DNA of 64,000 nucleotides from an uncultured Chitinophagaceae bacterium (GTDB taxonomy: Bacteria; Bacteroidota; Ignavibacteria; UBA10030; UBA8401). The translations under genes and the position numbers were made by a program. The stretch spans positions 14,667 to 78,666 of the forward strand of contig CAZRWF010000002.1 of assembly GCA_964603685.1 (NCBI GenBank), given 5' to 3'. Below are positions 57,471 to 64,000 of the stretch, piece after piece (position 1 is the stretch's first letter; each line of letters starts with the position of its first letter). The notes beneath the pieces are model-generated. The model saw only the letters and a program-made list of their open reading frames with translations. It did no database searches and was not told the origin of the DNA.

Positions 57471-58148
57471 TCAATCCTTCCAGACAAAGTCGAACAGCAA
57501 CACCGACGCCGTCACCATCACGACTGTGAACGATATCAAAATTTGAAATTCCTGCAGTGCTTCCAAGAAAAATGCGCCTTCGGTCGACAGTTTCGTCGCG
57601 TTGATGCAGGTGAGCAACAACGGGAGCAAGACCGGGAACGCCAACACCGGAAACAACGTCCCTTTGGTGTTTGCCTTCGCGATGATCGCGGCCAGGATGG
57701 TCGATGCACTTCCGAGTCCGACGCTCCCCAGAAACACCGTCGTCCAAAATATCCCGAACGATACCACGACAAACTCCTTCAACAACAAAAGATACATCAG
57801 CGAAATGAAGACGGACAGGAAAAGAATCAGCAAGATATTATAGATCAGTTTTCCCACCAACACGCTGTTGGCCGTCGTGATCAGCCGGAGCAACAACGAC
57901 GTCCCCCGTTCTTCTTCGGCTATAAATGTCCGCGACAGGCCGGACATGGCAGAAAAAAATATCACGATCCATAACGTGCCGCTCAGGACTTCTTGCGAGG
58001 GCGATTCGTTTCCGATGGAGAAGAGAATAATCGACAATGTTGTCACGACAAACATCAACAATGCATTCAGAGCATAGCGCGTCCGGAATTCGGACAGAAA
58101 TTCTTTGCGGATCACATGATATGCGGGTATCGAGTTCATCGGTGTCAA
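57471..58148 (-). CDS. ccmB: haem exporter membrane subunit CcmB
   Basis: 225 aa, six TM segments, between ccmA and ccmC. Track start is a TTG at 58148; an ATG follows at 58139. Confidence 0.88.
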   Translation of the reverse strand: MTPMNSIPAYHVIRKEFLSEFRTRYALNALLMFVVTTLSIILFSIGNESPSQEVLSGTLWIVIFFSAMSGLSRTFIAEEERGTSLLLRLITTANSVLVGKLIYNILLILFLSVFISLMYLLLLKEFVVVSFGIFWTTVFLGSVGLGSASTILAAIIAKANTKGTLFPVLAFPVLLPLLLTCINATKLSTEGAFFLEALQEFQILISFTVVMVTASVLLFDFVWKD

Positions 58149-58160
58149 TAAAATACGGAT

Positions 58161-58799
58161 TTATCTCTCTGCATTCAATGCATCGATATCAAGGAGTGCG
58201 TCGGCGAACGGAAGGTCTTCTTTTTCATTGGTTGCGAACAACAATGCGCCGCGTTTTTTTTGTTCGTTCATCACGTTCCGGACCGCGGCGATGCCGTATT
58301 CATCCAAATTGGAACTCGGCTCGTCGATGATCAACAGAGAAGGTTCGTGGAGCAGTGCCGCGCAATACTTTAAACGCTGTTTCATGCCGGAAGAATAGTT
58401 TTTCACTTCTTTTTTGCGATGATCATAAATCGAAAAATCGGCTAATAATCGTTCCGCCGATTCTTTCCGATATCCGATTCCTCTGATCTGTGCGATGAAT
58501 TGCAGATTTTCCTCCGCCGTGAACTCCTCGTAAACATTTAAGTACGGTGACACGAGACCGATGTGGCGGAACAATTCGTCCGCACCGGTCTCTTTGCCGT
58601 CAAAATGATATCGGACGCGGCCGGATGTCGGTGATAAGACACCGCACAGAATCTTTACCAAAGTTGACTTGCCGGAACCGTTTTTTCCCGTAATTGCCAA
58701 TGACCTTCCCTCATTCAACGTAAACGAAACGTTGTGAATGATAATCTTCCGGTTGAAGGTCTTTTTCAGACTTTCGGACGTGATGGTCACTTTTTTCAT
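58161..58799 (-). CDS. ccmA: haem exporter ATP-binding subunit CcmA
   Basis: 212 aa. Walker A GKNGSGKST, ABC signature YSSGMKQRL, Walker B LLIIDEP. Confidence 0.88.
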   Translation of the reverse strand: MKKVTITSESLKKTFNRKIIIHNVSFTLNEGRSLAITGKNGSGKSTLVKILCGVLSPTSGRVRYHFDGKETGADELFRHIGLVSPYLNVYEEFTAEENLQFIAQIRGIGYRKESAERLLADFSIYDHRKKEVKNYSSGMKQRLKYCAALLHEPSLLIIDEPSSNLDEYGIAAVRNVMNEQKKRGALLFATNEKEDLPFADALLDIDALNAER

Positions 58800-60382
58800 C
58801 GAATTACGGCAAACTTTCCTTTTTGCACGATGGAACCACGAGATAAAATATAAATATATATTCCCGAAGGAACCATCGATCCGTTGTCATCTCTCCCTTT
58901 CCATTCTGCATATTGTGTGCCAGAAAACGCCGCATAGTGTGCAGCTTGTGAAGAGACGACATCCATCGATGCGGCGTGAATGATGGTGAGTGTCACGTCG
59001 GAACGGGCACCGATGCCGGTCACCGGGATCAAAAGTGACGAGGTTGCGGGATTGAACGGATTCGGGAAACAATCTTTTTCTTCATTCGATCCGATCACGG
59101 TGTACGACCATTGAGCGGCAACCGAAGGGAAAAAATCAGCATAGATCGACGGCGACACGGCGGGATAACCGGAGGACGGATCCGTGGTGATGCTGACCGA
59201 AGAACTGTACGATTGACCTCCGCCGGACAACGCATCGGCGATATCGGTGGTCGAGATCAAAAAAAATGCGGAATCGGAACCGTTGACGGCCTTAATATAA
59301 TGGGGCGTAAACGAAGGGGCAACGATATTGAGCGGCGTCGCATTATTGCTTGCCGTAATATTCCGAAACAAGCTTACGGCCGGCAGCAACGCTGCATCGG
59401 TATGATACTGCGGATCGGCACGATGTTGCGTGTAAAAATTCCAGAGAGTGAAGGCGACGAATTCTCGCTCCACGGAAGTGAACCGCGCGTTTAAAACGGC
59501 CACTGAAGCGTTCACCGGCCGTACCGATCGTAATTCTTCCCAAAGGTCTTTCATGATGGACGGTCCGAACTTTTTCATCAAAAACATCCCCCAGATCGCC
59601 CGTTCATATCCCCGATAACTTGTTTGTGAACGCAGTGCGAATAACGGTATCTGGGAGATATTGGTGAAATATGTGCGAACATCGAAGATGTAATCCCTCG
59701 CATCCGAAAAAACAACATTCTCCAATGCTTCAGCACACAGTTCGTAGAAGTAAAAGTGGTCTTCCTCCCACACACCGGAACCGCCGACTTGAACGGCATG
59801 GTGAAATTCATGCGCTGCTGTCGCCATCATCGCCGGAACGCCTTTCGTCCGGTACCCTGTTCCAAAATCATTGTCGAATCGGATGAACGTAGCATATTGT
59901 TGGTTAAACTTCGTCTGGCCGACGGGAAGATCGGACTCAATATCGGTTTGGCCGAATAACCCCGCGCCGAGATCCTGCACATACACGTCGAACTCATCTC
60001 CCCCTCCTCGTCCGTTATCCGGCGGCGGCGGATGGAAACCGAACGCCGTGATTTCCGCATTCCACACGGAATCAAAAATGATCCGCAGCGTGTCGATATA
60101 CTGCTGTGCGGAGTTCGCGATTCGATTCCCGGCGGCATCGACCATCGCCGGTTCATGAACGCCGGCGGTATCATAATGAATACGGATTTTTCCATTCGGC
60201 GTCAGCACGCTGGCCTGCATCGCCGGCCGGGCCGCTGCGGCACCGTCCATCCGTAATCGTTTCCACTGCCAGAGACGTTCTACTTGAGCAAACGTTCCGC
60301 ACTTTTCCTGCTGTGCGTCGGTCCAGAACGGCAACAGTATGGCGAGGAGAGTCAATCGTACGATGTTATTCCAGGACGCCAT
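58796..60382 (-). CDS. secreted putative zinc metalloprotease (single HExxH) with T9SS C-terminal sorting domain
   Basis: Start moved to the ATG at 60382 (MASWNNIVRLTLLAILLPFWTDAQQ signal peptide). TAAHEFHHAVQ is the only HExxH. The N-terminal half resembles what I recall of the MXAN_6640-like putative metalloprotease family (IRIHYDT.G...DVYV.DLG). C-terminus CFPNPFNPATS...SGIYIYIL is a Por secretion tail. Confidence 0.8.
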   Translation of the reverse strand: MASWNNIVRLTLLAILLPFWTDAQQEKCGTFAQVERLWQWKRLRMDGAAAARPAMQASVLTPNGKIRIHYDTAGVHEPAMVDAAGNRIANSAQQYIDTLRIIFDSVWNAEITAFGFHPPPPDNGRGGGDEFDVYVQDLGAGLFGQTDIESDLPVGQTKFNQQYATFIRFDNDFGTGYRTKGVPAMMATAAHEFHHAVQVGGSGVWEEDHFYFYELCAEALENVVFSDARDYIFDVRTYFTNISQIPLFALRSQTSYRGYERAIWGMFLMKKFGPSIMKDLWEELRSVRPVNASVAVLNARFTSVEREFVAFTLWNFYTQHRADPQYHTDAALLPAVSLFRNITASNNATPLNIVAPSFTPHYIKAVNGSDSAFFLISTTDIADALSGGGQSYSSSVSITTDPSSGYPAVSPSIYADFFPSVAAQWSYTVIGSNEEKDCFPNPFNPATSSLLIPVTGIGARSDVTLTIIHAASMDVVSSQAAHYAAFSGTQYAEWKGRDDNGSMVPSGIYIYILSRGSIVQKGKFAVIR

Positions 60383-62588
60383 AATGAATGACAAGAGTAG
60401 AATGAGATTGTTCGGTCCACGCGACATCCACCGCATTGTCGCCGTTAAAATCACCGCACCGAAACGAAGCATTTTCGGGAAGTGCCGTGATCGTTTTTTC
60501 CGGCGCAAATCGCCCGTTCCCGCGCCCTTTGCGCCATACGAGCTGCCGATCCGATTGTGTGAGAAAGACGATATCGGTTATCCCGTCATTATCCATGTCA
60601 TACAATTGTATTTGTTCGGCAGAATGAATGATACCCGCTTCCACGATCATTTCGAAACGTTCGAACGATCCGTCTGCTCTCCCGCGCGACCACCGCAGCG
60701 TGTTTCCCGGCACCGTACACAACACGATATCTTTGATATGGTCTCCGTTCACATCCTCGATGAAGACCGAAGCCCGACGCACGACCGAATCCGGCAGAAG
60801 AACAGAAAAGACATTTCCTTTAAATTCTCCGGTGGAATCGTTCATCGTGATACCGAGAATATTCCGTCGTTGCCGCTCGTCTCCGTACAAATAGATCAGG
60901 TCCGCTTTCCCGTCGAAATTCAGGTCGTTGATCGTCGCCATGATCATGTGTGACGGTATGAGCGGCAACAGACTTTTGGTCGCAAATTTCGTTCCTTTCA
61001 CCTGGCGATAAAAAATCATCGTATTCCGTTCGCCGGTCATAAAAACATAAAGCGAGATCCCTTTTTCCATGAACGACACATCGGGCAGTACGGTCATCGG
61101 TTTTCCCGGCAATGGGATGGAAAATTGTTCGACCTCGTCCGGTGCGAATTTTCCGTCCGCCGGATCGGGACGGAAGGTGATCAACGAGATCCGTTGCGAT
61201 TCCGGATGGACCGTATAAAACGTTTGCGACGTATCGGTACGCCCGTATAGCGCGACATTTGCCGGCTGTTCCGCCGTTTCGACGGTGACCGGGCCGGACA
61301 ATCCGTTCGGTGCGGAGATCAACACCGAGACGGTCGCCGATCCGCTGTTGCTGATCACAAGGTCGTCATTGCCGTCGTTATTTAAATCGTTCACATAGAT
61401 CTGTAAAGGTTGTGCACCGACCGCATACCGGACAATTTTTGCCGGTGCTGTTTCCGCCGTACGGGAATTCCAATAAATCGCATACGTGGAGTCTCCCGTC
61501 ATCACGAGCACATCGTCCAGCCCGTCACCATTCAAATCCCCTCGCTGCACATGGGAAGCTGCCGGCACCGTGCCGAACGGTATTTCGTCGTAAAAAAAAC
61601 CTTCCCCTTTGTTGATCACAATCGACACACCGTCGGACGGTGCGCCATGCACGAAAAGATCCGTGCTTGTCCCCGTCCGGAAAGTTCCCCCTTCGATGGC
61701 CTGCAGGGATGACCGCATGGCGATCGATTGTGCAAAGGAGAAGTTTCCTAATCCATCCCCATCCAGAATCTGAATGGTACGCTGTTGCGTGGAATACACC
61801 GCCACATCCGCCAGTTGATCGGAATTAAAATCACCGAAGTACGTCTTCACCGTATCCTGGGCAAACGAAAGGACCGATTGTTCGGCGAACTTCATTTTCC
61901 CCAATCCAAGATAGACAATCGTTTGATTCGTCAGCCAATTATGCAGCGAAATATCGGTGATGTTGTCGCCGTTTAAAGCCAGCAGCGACACATCGCTGAC
62001 CGGAACGTCGTCGAATAATTTTCGCGCAGGGGAAAAGACACCGTTTCCTCTTCCTGGAAACACCGTGATGCCGGTGGACAGTTTCCCGTAACACAGGATA
62101 TCGGCAATCTTATCGTTCGAAATGTCACCGATCAACGCACGGTCGGTATAATATTGCACGGAGAGCGAAATCGAACGATAGGAAGAGTCCGCTCGATTGC
62201 TTAAGAACAGTTCAATCCTGTTCTCCTCCCGGTGAACGGCGATAAAATCATCCAGCCCGTCGTTGTTCATATTTCCGGTTGTCAGTGATGTGGGCGGTTT
62301 ACCCGTTGCGATACGTTTCGGAGAATGAAATTGGCCGAAGGGAAAATTTTGCAGAACATAATACGCTCCGGAATCCGGCCGATAGGTCAACAGATCTGGT
62401 GCGCGGGGGTGGGAATAATGGAACAAGACGGGAGAGTTTCCGATCGCATCCGTTCGATAGTGTTCCACCCTTCCCAAAGAGCCGATCTCGCGGTATTGCG
62501 CGATCAACACTCCGCAGACGGTGTGGAACAATACCAACAAAAAAATCGACGATCGGCACGGCGAACAACAGTCCCCGGTATTCCGCAT
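60366..62588 (-). CDS. FG-GAP/VCBS-repeat beta-propeller protein, membrane-anchored or secreted
   Basis: 740 aa. Hydrophobic N-terminus SSIFLLVLFHTVCGVLIAQ. Repeated D-x-N/D-x-D-G-x-x-D loops (GDFNSDQLADV, GDLNGDGLDDV, NDLNNDGNDDL, EDVNGDHIKDI, YDMDNDGITDI, GDFNGDNAVDV). No T9SS tail. Confidence 0.85.
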   Translation of the reverse strand: MRNTGDCCSPCRSSIFLLVLFHTVCGVLIAQYREIGSLGRVEHYRTDAIGNSPVLFHYSHPRAPDLLTYRPDSGAYYVLQNFPFGQFHSPKRIATGKPPTSLTTGNMNNDGLDDFIAVHREENRIELFLSNRADSSYRSISLSVQYYTDRALIGDISNDKIADILCYGKLSTGITVFPGRGNGVFSPARKLFDDVPVSDVSLLALNGDNITDISLHNWLTNQTIVYLGLGKMKFAEQSVLSFAQDTVKTYFGDFNSDQLADVAVYSTQQRTIQILDGDGLGNFSFAQSIAMRSSLQAIEGGTFRTGTSTDLFVHGAPSDGVSIVINKGEGFFYDEIPFGTVPAASHVQRGDLNGDGLDDVLVMTGDSTYAIYWNSRTAETAPAKIVRYAVGAQPLQIYVNDLNNDGNDDLVISNSGSATVSVLISAPNGLSGPVTVETAEQPANVALYGRTDTSQTFYTVHPESQRISLITFRPDPADGKFAPDEVEQFSIPLPGKPMTVLPDVSFMEKGISLYVFMTGERNTMIFYRQVKGTKFATKSLLPLIPSHMIMATINDLNFDGKADLIYLYGDERQRRNILGITMNDSTGEFKGNVFSVLLPDSVVRRASVFIEDVNGDHIKDIVLCTVPGNTLRWSRGRADGSFERFEMIVEAGIIHSAEQIQLYDMDNDGITDIVFLTQSDRQLVWRKGRGNGRFAPEKTITALPENASFRCGDFNGDNAVDVAWTEQSHSTLVIHYGVLE

Positions 62589-62601
62589 TCACAGTGTGAG
62601 A

Positions 62602-63081
62602 TTAGTGGAGAATTTTTTTCCGGCGGGCCAGCCGTTGTTCCCGGCGCCGCAACGCATCGTCGAACCGCCGCTGTTCTTCTTCGGTGGCGAAAGTCACTTG
62701 CGGGACTTCGATCGGCTTCCCCGATTCATTCAGCGCCACAAAGGTCAAATATGCCGTATTCGCATGAAGAATCTTGCCGGACAACATATTCTCGGAAAGG
62801 ACTTTCACGCCGACCTCCATGGATGTCCGGAACACCCGGTTCACGGAAGCCAACAACGTCACCACCTCGCCGAGTTTAATCGGGTGAAGAAAGTTGAGAT
62901 CGTCGACCGATGCCGTGACGCAGACACGGCGAGAGTGCCGTGCCGCCGCAATGGCCGCCACAAGATCGATCCAATGCATCAGTTGTCCTCCGAGCAGATT
63001 ACCAAGTTGATTGGTATCGTTCGGAAGCACCAGCTGCGTCATATTGGCTTGATGCGATTCGACAGGGAGCAGATTGTTCAT
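62602..63081 (-). CDS. acyl-CoA thioesterase (hotdog fold, YciA-like)
   Basis: 159 aa, with LVLPNDTNQLGNLLGGQLMHWIDLVAAIAAARHS typical of the 4HBT/acyl-CoA hydrolase family. Confidence 0.88.
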   Translation of the reverse strand: MNNLLPVESHQANMTQLVLPNDTNQLGNLLGGQLMHWIDLVAAIAAARHSRRVCVTASVDDLNFLHPIKLGEVVTLLASVNRVFRTSMEVGVKVLSENMLSGKILHANTAYLTFVALNESGKPIEVPQVTFATEEEQRRFDDALRRREQRLARRKKILH

Positions 63082-63935
63082 TCGGTAATGGTGAGTGTCC
63101 GTTTTTGTTGATCTTCGATGAATTCTTTTTCATCTGCATCGATCTGTTCGGTCAATTCTGCGATCTCGGACCGGAGATCGGTTCCGGGGAATTTCACGGC
63201 GAGATCCGACAACGTTTGACGGGCGCCGGCAAAATCTTTCCGTTGGTTCTGGCTTTTTGCTTTCCACAACATTCCGTCATCCACAAACGGCGAATCATGG
63301 AATTCCTGAATTAATTTGTCGAAATAGGCGATCGATGCCCGGTAAAATTCCATCCGGTAATACAACGTCCCGCCGTCGAACATTTTTTGGGCCAGTTTTA
63401 AAGTCAGTTCCGTAATTTTCCGTTCCGCATCGCTCACCAGACTATCGGTGGGGGAATATTCAATGTAGGTCTGGAAATTATCCAATGCGGACCGCGTATA
63501 CTTCTGGTCCAGCGCCGGCTTGGGTGATAGACGATAGTACGATTCGGCCCGTTTGTAGCGGGCAACGGTTGCAAACGGACTGCTTTGCATCAACCGGACG
63601 AGATTGTCATATTCCGCGGCAGCGAGAATATACTCTCCCCTGTTAAACCGGCATTCGGCAAGATAAAACTGCGCATCATCCGCATATTCGCTCCCCTGGA
63701 ATTGCACGGTGATGATTTTAAATTCTTCCGATGCTTCCAGATACGTTTCGTCGTCGAACAACATTTTCGCCCGGGCGAACCGCTCTTCGACCGGTATGGT
63801 CTCGATCTCCTGCGTGGAGGAACAAGCGGCCACAAAGACCATCGGAAGTACGGCACACCACAGGAACACGGAGCCGGTAAATTTATTGCCAATACGGCGA
63901 AAGATCGAAATTGGAGAGTTGTTGCGTGCGTTCAT
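63078..63935 (-). CDS. bamD: outer membrane protein assembly factor BamD-like TPR lipoprotein
   Basis: 285 aa. Lipobox VFVAAC-SS, TPR-like repeats with FYLAECRFNRGEYILAAAEYDNL and YRAS.AYFDKLI patterns as in BamD/YfiO. Confidence 0.8.
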   Translation of the reverse strand: MNARNNSPISIFRRIGNKFTGSVFLWCAVLPMVFVAACSSTQEIETIPVEERFARAKMLFDDETYLEASEEFKIITVQFQGSEYADDAQFYLAECRFNRGEYILAAAEYDNLVRLMQSSPFATVARYKRAESYYRLSPKPALDQKYTRSALDNFQTYIEYSPTDSLVSDAERKITELTLKLAQKMFDGGTLYYRMEFYRASIAYFDKLIQEFHDSPFVDDGMLWKAKSQNQRKDFAGARQTLSDLAVKFPGTDLRSEIAELTEQIDADEKEFIEDQQKRTLTITE

Positions 63936-64000
63936 AAAGTTTTTTTCGTTCTGAGGTATCGATCAGCCGCCGAGTTTGCAGCGAAACATCCAACGGAATG
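63932..64000 (-). CDS. 3' end of an unidentified upstream gene (partial)
   Basis: The minus-strand frame is open from the window edge (…HSVGCFAANSAADRYLRTKKTL) to a TGA that overlaps the bamD ATG (ATGA). Too short to identify. Confidence 0.3.
   Translation of the reverse strand, partial: HSVGCFAANSAADRYLRTKKTL

Noticed and set aside
60339-63111. + strand ORFs of 204, 184 and 196 aa opposite the FG-GAP, thioesterase and HExxH genes
   Set aside because: Antisense, Arg/His/Pro-rich, with no motifs.

Overview
This is a densely packed, mostly minus-strand stretch of core bacterial chromosome. I call 66 CDS (two of them partial at the window edges), 2 tRNAs, 9 terminator hairpins and 8 candidate promoters. 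I saw no mobile elements, CRISPR arrays, integrases or recognisable defence genes.

Gene content, left to right:
- aroA (partial), then the full rimP-nusA-infB-rbfA-truB-ribF-rpsO-pnp string.
- A 1160-aa outer-membrane-type protein of unknown function, then tRNA-Leu(CAA).
- A Tat-signal glycosylasparaginase and a 1266-aa S8 protease with a T9SS sorting domain.
- glcD/glcF-like oxidase genes with a TIGR03067-like gene, then a tyrosine-phenol-lyase-like gene.
- An orphan gene-nth-HD hydrolase operon, tRNA-Lys(CTT), secG.
- A tdk-nupC-punA nucleoside salvage operon and ctaA-ctaB-DUF420.
- A TolB/M28/PDZ fusion peptidase and a hemerythrin / small protein / zinc-ribbon-Yip1 trio.
- apt-tnaA and lrp-glnN (type III glutamine synthetase).
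- A long run xseA-xseB-dxs-oxidoreductase-ribD-(beta-lactamase-like)-ribE-(PASTA)-rpe-nagA.
- bshB1 with a DUF2318-like gene.
- A run bamD-thioesterase-FG-GAP protein-HExxH T9SS cargo-ccmABCDEF.

T9SS C-terminal domains, type III GS, BshB1 and the gene order suggest an FCB-group organism (Ignavibacteria/Chlorobi-like). That is inference only.

I did not find a clear-cut novel multi-gene system. The best leads are:
1. An uncharacterised FG-GAP plus HExxH-T9SS gene pair translationally chained to a variant (CxxxY CcmE, no CcmH) cytochrome c maturation operon.
2. A promoter-then-terminator leader in front of rimP-nusA-infB.
3. The 1160-aa orphan outer-membrane protein.
4. Co-occurrence of a TPL-type and a TnaA-type beta-eliminating lyase.
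5. A recurrent TTGnnn-N17-TATATT promoter signature.

All family assignments come from reading the translations. No database search was run.
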